A stretch of DNA of 64,000 nt, from positions 868,001 through 932,000 of the forward strand of contig JAQGDQ010000018.1 in assembly GCA_030141605.1 (NCBI GenBank), read 5' to 3'. A program made the translations under genes and the position numbers. Shown here piece by piece: positions 38,502 through 50,300 of this stretch (positions within the stretch are counted from its first letter, which is position 1; each line of letters begins with the position of its first letter). Origin of the DNA: Tubiluchus corallicola (Eukaryota > Animalia > Priapulida). The notes under the pieces are model-generated. The model was not told the DNA's origin. It saw only the letters and a program-made list of their open reading frames with translations, and searched no databases.

Positions 38502-39622
38502 CATTTGAGCAAATGAAATTCAAATGCAATAATTACTAGCATATTATATACTTCATAGTCAATTATACTCCATGCCTCACTATACAAAATTCAAAGTGCC
38601 CATTTGTCTGAAATGGCAATAAATGAGACTTTGGTAGAAAATTAGTAATATTACCACAGAATGTTCTATTGAAGGTTTATAGTATGCTTTCATTTATTGT
38701 ATGCCAAATGTGTTACATTATATTTTTCAAGAAAGGGTAAAAGTTATGATTTCTGTGAAATCTGAGCAGTCAGCACGTTTTACACAAATAATATGCATTC
38801 TGACTGGCTTTCATATTTTTTTGCGATCTGAAGTGTACTTCTGACTGTGGAGATTTGGTAAACCTTGTTTTATTAAGCAGCGCCTACTGAATAAGTGAAT
38901 GGGAAGCCAATTGTTATACACATATAGAATGCGTCTTTTACAATGTGGAATACACATATTCTGGAATGAGGTGATGATGTGGAAGAGCCTCGTGTAACAA
39001 GTTATCTCGATCAATCGTGAGTTGGTTTTTCTGACTCGGGTTATAGACTTATAGTCAGATTTCTGCAGAAAAGCTTTCATTGTAGTATTAGGCAGAATCA
39101 TTGGTTACATGACAGACAAGTTGCCCTGACAGTCTCACTTGCATTTGATTGCCATAATGCATAATCCTAAAATGTTTGTTGAAAGCCTTATAACAAAAAA
39201 TATAAGTCACTAAATATAACATTCGTTTTAATTAACCATAAAGCTGCATTCTATGGTGGAAGTTTACCAAATCTCCACAGTCAGAAGTACACTTCAGATT
39301 GCAAAATATGAAAACCAGTCAAAATGCATATTATTTGTGTAAAACATGTGCTGACTGCTCAGATTTCATAGAAATCATAACTTTTACCCTTTCTTGAAAA
39401 ATATAATGTAACACATTTGGCATACAATAAACGAAAGCATACTATAAACCTTCAATAGAACATTCTGTGGTAATATTACTAATTTTCTACCAAAGTCTTA
39501 TTTATTGCCATTTCAGACAAATGGGCACTTTGAATTTTGTATACTGAGGCATGGAGTATAATTGACTATGAAGTATATAATACGCTAGTCATTATTGCAT
39601 TTGAATTTCATTTGCTCAAATG
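38502..39622. repeat. Long inverted repeat: ~360-bp arms (38502-38863 and 39262-39622) with ~400-bp spacer
   Basis: By eye the arms are reverse complements with only scattered mismatches and small indels. Confidence 0.92.
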
Positions 39623-41094
39623 CTTAAGATCAATAAAATAGCTAACAGCCACTTAAAACATGACAGTAGTTACTATAGCTATTTTATTTATCTTAAAGTA
39701 AAGATCTTTAGTGATATATTTATAGTCAAGTATTATTAAGATGACATGTTGAATAAGGAAGGCCTTGATTGTCTTGTGCCAAACCTATGGCATACATTTA
39801 GTAATTTGTTCCAAAAAGCAAAAAGCTGCAGATGAACATAGAAGTTGAAAAGACTTGCTTAAGTGTGTACTGTAACAAGCGTTATGTAGAAACTTTTTTG
39901 GTACCTGAGATCAGGACAAAATGGAAATAAAGGTAAAACTTAATTTTTGAAATGCTTAAATAAATCGTATTTGGTACATATTCTTAAAAAAATTGGAGCT
40001 GTTAACACACATTAACATAAATACATGAAATTTCCAACTGACCTAACTTACCGTTGAGTGTTGTGTAACTGTTTGTCTCAAAGTATAATTATTTGGATAG
40101 GTCATTGTGAAGCAGGGATTTTTATCTCAAAATTTTGGAATTTTTACTGTCGTCAAGTGTGTGAAACATTTCAGTTGCTCCTTTTATATTTTCATAGTGA
40201 ATTTTGTTGAAATTTTTGGTATCTTTTATAATTACATCATCTTACACAGTATTGTGGATTTTATAATTCTGTTTTAGTACTATAACTTTTCTATATTACT
40301 TTGCATTTGCAAGCAACATTTTGTTTGTAAGCAACCAGCATAGGTATACTGCCAATGAGTTTTTACTGACTAACATGTATAGGCATTATTTTAGCATTCT
40401 TGGTGGGTAGTAAAATTGTTGTCATCATTGCGTTCTTTCAGCACAAAATTTGGTAAAACTGGAATAACTATATTAGTAATATTTAACAGTATCAACAAAA
40501 CTCTGTAACTATTATTAGTCAGAGTTTTAATTATAGTTTTGCTCATTGCCAAAGATCATTTTGCCTCATTCTGAGCCATGTTTTATATGAGTTTAAAAAT
40601 AATTGTAAATTTATTATAGTTCTGTGTGCAAGTTATTGAAGTTTAATAAATAAAAGAAACTTGTATCATGTTAAGAGTTGATCTAGTCTGGCCTGTGCCA
40701 AAAATATTCAATATTAAAAAAAATTCATAATTAACTTGAGACACCTCTCTAACCCAGGCAAATTATGGAGAAAAATGTCTACATTACAGTGAACAAAGCT
40801 GCTTAATTCATCTTGATTTATTTTGTAATGCACACGAGCCAAAAAAATTCAGTAAAACAGAAAATATGAGACAGCTCTCTAACCTACGCCAGTGAACTTG
40901 GCTTTTCTTTCACAATGCAGTTAGTTATAGTCTTAAGCTAGCAAATTTATACTGAAGTTTACTAATCGAGCTACGAAACTGTTCCTATGTGATGTTGGTT
41001 AATATTTTTAAAACATTCATTGTGTGATAAATTGCTCATTATGGATGATTTAGAGCCAGTATTTTTACAATTACATACTTTAAATTCCACTTTG

Positions 41095-41384
41095 CTATGT
41101 ATTTTTCTTTTTTTTCTTTCTGATTATTTGAGTACTCTTTTCCACTACTGCACTAAGTTCAGCTGAATCTGTTTTGCTGCTCCAGTCCACTTCTGATATC
41201 GAAGATTGCGGAGTCTTTCGCTTCCTTTTCCTCCTAATTTCTTGAGTACTTTTTTCTGCTACTGCGCCACATTCACCTGAAGCTAATCTGCTGCTCCAGT
41301 TCACTGCTGGTTTCAAAGATTGCATTTTATCACAGTGCTTATTTCTGACTGTCTGTGAAGATTCTGCACTCTTTCTCTTGGCTC
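41095..41384 (-). CDS. NOP9: NOP9 terminal exon, basic tail with internal 38-aa repeat
   Basis: tactag|GAKRKSAESS...RKKKKKNT*; phase matches the preceding exon. Confidence 0.75.
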
Positions 41385-44300
41385 CTAGTACAGTTATAAA
41401 AAATAACCAGCAGTTAGAAAACACAACTAGAAAATCGTTTATGAGAGAGTCATAAACTGAAGATTCTGCAATAAGTTCTGCAAATGTAATGCAATGATGT
41501 AAAATAGTGAGTATACAGATTTTGCCATGCTTGCTTACATACGAATTACACTTTGGGTCAATGAAATCTGTTATTCTACAATTTTACCTTAAAAGTAACT
41601 TCTAGTTAGATTCGATGAAGTTCTTTAAAGTTAATTTAATTGAATTTACCATGCTTGTGTAATTAGTAATTGCATTTTGTCTCAGTGAAATCTAATACTT
41701 AATTACCTAGGAAATGCATTTTATTTCAATGATTTAGAAACTTGTCACTCACTTTTTAACCTGTGACCCCCATATCAGTGTCAACCTATATCATTCAATT
41801 TGTCTCATTGAGTCTTTTCATCTGATGTGCTACAAGCTACTCAATAATGTAAAAATGTCAGTGTCGTACTAACCCATTTTCGGTTTTTGGCGCCTAGTGA
41901 AAATACTTTTCAAATCGAAATGACATATACTTAGCTATGTACAAGAACTCGATGCCACCTAGCCACATGCCAAAAATTGTCCTTGTTCCAAAACTGTAGG
42001 AGAAGCTGAAGCTTAACGAATAAATGGTCTCCTGGTTTTCACTCAAGGTCATTTCAAGGTCTCAGGTCCCAACCCTGCAAGTGTCATGACTGACTAACTT
42101 GTCTATTACTTTTCTAGTTATTGATAAAAATCTGTTTTAACACTCCTGCACATGTCACAACCACTTTTGGAAAAAAATTCACAGCACATCTGCCATGACC
42201 TGGCTTCCCAATATGTGCAAACTGCTAGTCCAAGACTATCATAGGATTTGAACTACAAAGCAGTTTGTCCTGTTTTTCAAGTTTTGGCTTTTGTCTTGGA
42301 ACTTTTCCATACCCTAATTCCTGAACTGTTTAATGAGCACCACACAAGATCAAAGCACTTGTGAAAAAATGTTAAATTTAACTCAAAACTCTCGGAGGAG
42401 TTGATGAATAATAGAAAAATTAACTGATGTCCATTGTCCTTGAACTTTTAACCTAAAGTCAAATGTCACTATGCAGATGTCTAGGGCGCTTACCCCTTGT
42501 AAGTTGGTGACTCTACGAAGTGTGGTTTTTGAGTTATTCAGTGTCATAGTGGAGAATAAGTCAATAAGGTTTGAAAATGAGAACAACTGGCATGTGTTGC
42601 AGAATCTTACTAACTAGTTTCAGACGAAATCACACTTGCTATATGGGTTATTATCTGAGACACTCATAGAACTGCAAAGATATTCCTTTTCTAGTTCATA
42701 AACCCTTGGGAATAATTCATAGAATGCGAGACAGGATATTGTTACAAGATTATAATGATGCTTACCGCAATTACTTGTAAAGACAAACAAGGCTATGAAA
42801 TAGCATTTAGGCAACATAGCCATCCTTAAAAATTGTGCTGATAACAGCAACATCTAAGCAAAATATTGTTTTTGTGTTGATTATTTTAAGGTAGATATAC
42901 AGATGATCAAACTGAAATTCACACTACATACATTTACATAATGACTTACTTGCATGTGTTCAGGCACTGTTAATAGTGTTCATGAAAAAACTGATTGCAA
43001 TCACAAACATCAAAAAATTTAGATTGCAATCACAATCTCGATTGGGATAAAGTAATAGTAATTTTGGCTTAATGTATATAAATTCAGAAGTTAAAAAGAA
43101 CCCTGTAGTCCCTGCATGTACAACTGTACACCATGTATAGCCTAATAGATTATCAGAAACTTCATACTGAGATTCTGACAAAGAATAACACATTGGTGTT
43201 TGGGATTTATTTATTTTAAATTAAATTAAGTGTAATAAAATTTAATAAGAAAGTGAGCAGGAATTCTGAAATTTTGGTGAAGGTTAGAAAGAAATAATTG
43301 TTCAGAATTATGATATAATCATGATCAATGATCACATTTTGAGAAAATGATTGCAATCATTTGCGCGATCACAGAATTTGATCTCATCACTGTTATGATG
43401 TACATCAAATACTTGTCTTCTCGAAAATACCCGAGTATTTTGCAGTTTGCACTTCTACAGAAAAGATAATTTCACATGCACATCAAATGAAATAGAATTT
43501 CTCGAGCTCTTTAGCAAATAGTTTACAGGTATAACATTACAATACTATTGAAATACAACAATACACACCTTTGCGGGCATTTTCATCTCCCAAAATATCA
43601 TAAAACAGTTTCTGCTTTTTATGTTTTTCCAAATAAACTGCCTCCCAGTCTTGCCTTCGATGCAGAAAATGATTTAATGCAAAATTTCTCACAGCGTGAC
43701 ACCCAAATCTATGCAACAATTAAACTTATTAAATAAGCAATTGAGTTTGAATTGCACATTACTGTTCAAACCACAATAATGGGGACAGGCCAGTTGGTTG
43801 CTAGACTCTTGGGCATAAACATTTTGACGCTTTCGCTGATGCACACTGCGCTGGGTAACATGACTCAATCAAGCAAGAATACATCACATGTATTTCTGGG
43901 ATGTTCCAAAAATCATGCTGGGTAATTGACTAAAACTATTGGAATCCTCATCTGTTAAATTTAGTGAAGCTATCTAAAAAATGTTGTGAGCATTAGGAAA
44001 ATAGTAAATCACTATTGGGAAAATGAATTATTAGGAATCTAGGAATACATTTGGTACACCATTAAATTTTAACTGTGCCCAAATGTCTCATGCTCAAGTG
44101 TCCCATGTCCAAATGTCATGTACCACAAAATAAATAATCACTGCAGAAATCAAGGTTTATGATGAAAGCTATGAAAGAGATTTCAGTTTCTCAAAGTCAC
44201 ACTGAAATCTGCAGAAGTGACGATGTGATATAGCAGCTGAAATTTTTATCAAGAATATATTATACCTGTGACCAGACAATTGCGATTCCTTTGCTGACAG

Positions 44301-47300
44301 TTCAGTGGCAATACAAATTTTTTGTTTAATCGTTGCACAGTTCCATATATTTTCCAGGCACCTACTGCCATATTTGTCTTGAGCAATATGTACATAACAA
44401 CCCTAAAATAACAAAATAATATCTGCAGCAGAACAGAATAAATCAAAAATAAGAAAATTTCCTTTAGATAATTTTGTAATTAAACATACCATATACATTA
44501 CGATTTCTACAATCCTTTATGATAATTCTTTAATTTGTGGTTTGCTTGAGCAAACACTGAGACAGGAACACTATAATAGCTATGTGCGGATCATAAAATA
44601 ACTAACTTTTGTCGATCACAAAATACTTAAATTTTGTGATCCACTATTGTTTATGCCATGTTTTAACAACAGCTGTGATAAACGAAAATGTTGCTTTTCA
44701 TTTATACATATTAAGTTATTTGTTTATTCTGTGCAAATTTGCAATAGACTATTAGTTTACGCACAGCAATGGAAAGCCGACAATGGCATTTTTATAATCA
44801 AAAAGCAAAAAGTACAGTGTACAATCCTTGAGTTCAACAGTACCTTAAATTTCTCAATCAGGGAATCTTTATTTTTCACTCCCACGCTCATGCTTTTCAT
44901 AAAGGCATCAATTATGTGACTACCTGACTGATCGCACGCCACTACTGCTAAATCAGGAGGCTGCATTTCTAGGATGCTTCTCACTATAACTGAGGTATTC
45001 TCAAATGTTAGAAGGTGCTGCACAAGCACACTTCCATGCAGAGTAATGTTATTCAATTTACTGTCCTAAAAAAGAGAAAAGGTGAATGTAATATAAACAA
45101 AATTAACACACAAGTTGAAACAACTGCAGTTGAACTTGCATCAATGTTTGTTTTTCTTTTTCATGCACTTGACAACAACTTTGCAAACAAGAGTAAGTGA
45201 GGTTGCCCATTCTTGAAGGTTCATCATAACAGCCTGACAGCCTGTTTAACTATACGTGTGTCTCATCATACTTTTGGCTTATAATGAATTTTATTATTAC
45301 AGTTTTTATGCAGTTTGGCACTCTATAAGAATACAACAAACAGTGGCATGCCTAACCGCTTACCTGCTTGTTTGGCACCAATTGTTTTTCTTTACCTTCA
45401 CCATAATCAAAGTATACATCGTATGTGGTGAGAGTAGCTAACAATTGCACGAGATAAATTCTGGACTCTGGTTCATCGCAATGGAATGCTTTCATCAGAT
45501 GCTGAAAAATAAATGCTTTGTAACCAATGAGACCTTATTATAAAATAGTGGAAAAAGTAACTGCAATTAAACCTTAATTAATTTCCTTGGCGTTATCACA
45601 GAACAAAAATACAAATAAGTGCTGTAACTAAATGCATTAAACTTGTATGTGGCCATGTAACTGGTTTAGATAGCAGATCGTAGTCCGAGGATTAGGATTT
45701 AGGAGTATGAGACTAACTGTTCTGCTAGTATCGTTTTTTTAACAAGGTGGCTAACTGGTTTGTTTGGAGGCTCTTGGAGCCAAAAAGGATCCTGTGATAA
45801 GCAGTGAAATATATTGTCCAAATTTAAACCAGGGTGCCTGTACATGGCTGCTGGATTTACATGCTCAGTCACAAAGAGTTGATGTTTGAATAACTACATC
45901 CAGGGATTAATAAAGAAAAATATGGATTTGGTTATTAATAGAATAGCATATATTTGCGTGCGAGCCTGTACAGCTTATTTTGCCATACGCTAATATTTAT
46001 TTATCATTAATTAGCTAATCACTAATTATTATTGTTTTTACTTGTGAATAACACACACAAATACATATATAAGATACTGGAATAGTGGTGATAAATCATT
46101 GTGTTCTACTATTACATCTTAATAACATAATAATGTCATAGTTTCCTGATCATAAATGCCATATTTAAATAACCTATATATATATATCACATATGTATAA
46201 TTAGTCTCTGTTCTAAATATGTACCCGTAAGAACTTCTTCTGCCTTATACGAAATTTAGCACAGGCTTCAGCAAGACTAGTTATAACTCCCAAATGATTT
46301 TCAGCCAAAATGGCTTCCAGAATGTCAACCAGATCATCAAATATTGATTTTAACTGCAAATAATCATATATGTTAAAGTTCTATAAAATCAAGTTAAACC
46401 ACACAAGCAAAATACATGTAGCAGTAAATATAGAATACAATGCAATAGAGTTGGTTAGACCAGCATGAAACATAAATAGTAATTGTCATTATTAAAACTA
46501 TTATTGTCATCATGTAAACATTAGTAACTGTCTATATTATTTCAAGTGATATTGTAACCAACAGTAAACTTTAGAAGGAAGACAGCTCTGAAAACTGCGA
46601 GTCAACCAGGATTCAAACCCAGACCTTTGAGAATCCATTTGAGCTGTCAAACTGCACAACAAAAGTCGGTTTGAATTCCCGTACTATTTAGCAGCAATCA
46701 GTCAGAGCAACATGTACAGTAACTAAATGACTAATCAACTCATAATTAAATAGCAGAGGAGCAACAATCAAATTTACCGTTATTAGCTTCTTAAATTTTC
46801 GTAAAAAAGGATGCATTAATCACAGACTTTTTATATATTTTCAGCTGGGCAATCAGAATAATGTTATATACACACCAAGCATAACAAATAACAATAATGT
46901 TAACTATGCCTGTTTTCATTAATAATTTAGCAAATAAGCATTTTCTTAAATGTGTGATTATACTTACTAAGTCACCAACTGCTTGTCTTATGAGAGTTTG
47001 CACAACAAAATTTCCTATTTGATGCAGTGTCAGATCGCATATACAACCAGAAATGTGTTGACAATAAAGTTGCTTAAATAAATCTTCTGGTAAAACCATT
47101 ATCAAGCATTGAACAACGTGTGAGGAAATGCTGTCACAACAATAGTGGAAAAAACCTTTTGAGCTGGAAAAAATTAGTTCAGTTAACAATTACACACACA
47201 GACACACACACACTCATATCCAACATAAATTACATAGTTTAACAAAAAATGAAAAATATGTAGCAATAATTACATAACAAAATTTTAAATATTTAAATTT

Positions 47301-50300
47301 TATCAATGTATGATTGTCCTTACCTTTTACTTTTTGTCATTAGCACTAAGAGCTTAGTACAAATCTCTTGGCATTTTTCTTCATTTGATTTATGTAAAAC
47401 ATGAAGTAAAGTCTGTATGACAGGAGAAACTGTGGCACTCGTAAAACACCCTAATTTAGTAAAAAAAAAACAATAAGATGACGCATGTATGTTATATCGA
47501 ACGATTTAGAAAATTCTAGCTTTACGTACAATACAAATAACTTCAACACTTCAAATCTGGAAATTTTGAGAAGAGGCTAACTTTTGCACTTGAATAGTAA
47601 GTTAAAGAAAAACATTTCGAAAATTTGGTGCTATAGCTTTTTCATAGCTAAAAACCTAAAAATAGTTTTCATCATCACTATATTGATATTGTGCCAAGTA
47701 CATTTGATGAGTGTGGAGTATGTCGATTCATGACTGATTTTTGACAACATTTTTTGCTTTAAAAATAATATAAAATATGACATCCATTTCTGTAATTTGT
47801 TAGATACAGCAGGTTAAATCATTTGGACTTATTCTGGCACAGTATAGAAGGGCTTAGCTATTTAAACAAAGTTATTTCTGCAAGTAGCTGTAATTAGTAT
47901 ATCGTGTGGAACAACAGAAATGTGGAACAATAGTTAAAATCAGTTGTTTTTCTGTTGCAATTAGCTACTTTAAACTTCACAAGCTATGTACAAAAATAGA
48001 ATGGTCTGAGAGAATTTCAAATCAATTAATGCATTAAAATGACAATTGTTCCTAGTGCTTCTTGTGACGGTTTCATGATGGTTTTTCAAAAAATAAAATT
48101 ATTATAAACTTCTAAATAATAGTCATTTACAAATTATGCTAAAAGACATTTAATGTAATGTAAATGGGCACCTTGTATGAAAGACATATATTAATCATAT
48201 CGTATTTTCTAGTTTCACTATTAAATTTGATTTCAATTTTCGCATACATTAAATCTGTAGAGACTATGCTTTACTGCTAAAATCTTAGTGATTACATTGT
48301 GTACTTTTTTTATGATATGATATCACAAAAATACTAAATTCATACGAACTACTAACACTAATTCTAAATTATATTAATTATTAGTTACTGGACACTCTCG
48401 AATGACCGCTCAGTATAGTTGATAGTTTGATAGTTATGAATGATAGAGATATTAATATATGTCTTCGTGCCTATTTACATTACATTAAACATCTTTTAGT
48501 TATTAATTGTAAATGACTATTATTTGTGAATTTGCTTTAAAAAAACCATGAAATCGTCACAGAGCACTAGAATAATTGTTGCTTTTCTAATGCATTAATT
48601 GATTTTTCAGACCATTTTAGCGCTTAGAGCGAAAGAAGCAATTGCAACAGAAATGTGGAACAATAGTTAAAATCAGTTGTTTTTCTGTTGCAATTAGCTA
48701 CTTTAAACTTCACAAGCTATGTACAAAAATAGAATGGTCTGAGAGAATTTCAAATCAATTAATGCATTAAAATGACAATTGTTCCTAGTGCTTCTTGTGA
48801 CGGTTTCATGATGGTTTTTCAAAAAATAAAATTATTATAAACTTCTAAATAATAGTCATTTACAAATTATGCTAAAAGACATTTAATGTAATGTAAATGG
48901 GCACCTTGTATGAAAGACATATATTAATCATAATGTCTTCTATCATTCATAACTATCAAACTATCAACCAATCATAACTATCTCTGAGCTTGTCATTCAT
49001 TATGAAGGTGTCTTTTTCGTAGATCAAGTGTATAATATTGTATAATTTAGAATTAGTGTGGGGTTGTAGCAAATTGTATGGTAATATTTTACAGTGTTAT
49101 TATCATATCACTTAAAAAAGTACACAATTGTATCACTAAGATTTTGCTTTGTATCATTTTTAATATCAACACTGGTCTCATCCTTACATGCAAGATTTAA
49201 TGGCAAAATGCAATGCAGCAAAGCTTGAAATCAAAAAGGTAAGATTAAAAACTGCATTGCCGAAAAGATAAGCAAATAAAAAGTTGAAAGTAGGAGTTTA
49301 CCTTGAAGGAGATCCGGCAGAGACAATTCGGTCACAAATTGATCAAGTGCTTGTTTAAACTCTTTTGGGGGAGCTGCATTAGCTTCGTCTATATGAGCAA
49401 CATAATAAAGATACTCATTTTAAAGCAACCCTGAAGGCAAAAAGTGATTGCATATGAAGATGTAGTTTGGACATTTCTGATGATCATATAACATTTTAAA
49501 AACTGGCAAAAAGCTTTGTACAGACAAGAATATTGCACAGATCAAGTAATAATTTTGCCATGACATCAATGTATATCTTCAACAAAGCATATGCAATAAA
49601 ACACAAACAAAATACTAAGGTATCAGAGCCTTTCTTGCTGAATTTAAAAATGACATCATCACAGACTACACATCACAGACACCCAAAAATAATTTCTGAT
49701 AAATCAAGTAAGGCAGTAATCAATTTAGTTATTAAACAGTCGCTGTAAGAAAACTATGAGGTCTGTATATTTGTGATATTCCATTAAGCTATATAAGCAG
49801 TAGTGTGTGAAAGTACTCCCGAAAATCAAATCATGCTGCAAGGAAGGTGCTAGCCAAAACTTTCTGGGTTAATACATCACAACATTAAGGTAATAACTAA
49901 CCTTTCTGGTTAAATTTCATAAAAGCTATAATAGAAACAAAAAAAATGTGGGTGAGGTGTGTGACTGCACAAAAATTAAATCGGAACAAAACTTTGAACA
50001 TATCACGAGCAATCTTTTTGTAATTTTAAAGATTTAAAACAATCTTTCTTCCATGGGACCTCATTTGTACATTTGAAAAAACGCCAGAAAGGTTTCTCTA
50101 AGTAGATAAAAATGTAGAGGACACTCTTTTAAAGAGTTAGAAAGTGCTGTTTCAAAGGCATTTCTACTTAGTTTTCAGTTTTCTTTTCCTGCTGACCCAC
50201 ATGTTAAGTCAGACAGTATGCCTGCTCGGGCTCAAAACTGTAATTGGTAAAGTGTAGGAAACAAACTCTGTCACTGTTCAGTTTTTTCTTGTCGAAGTTC

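Noticed and set aside
43300-43392. Box C/D snoRNA candidate in a NOP9 intron (minus strand GTGATGA...CTGA)
   Set aside because: No terminal stem or recognisable guide; the gatca-rich sequence ending in catcactg looks like a MITE terminus also seen near 345 and 32115.
46595-46650. tRNA-like B-box (ggattcaaaccc)
   Set aside because: No cloverleaf or A-box; at most a decayed SINE head.
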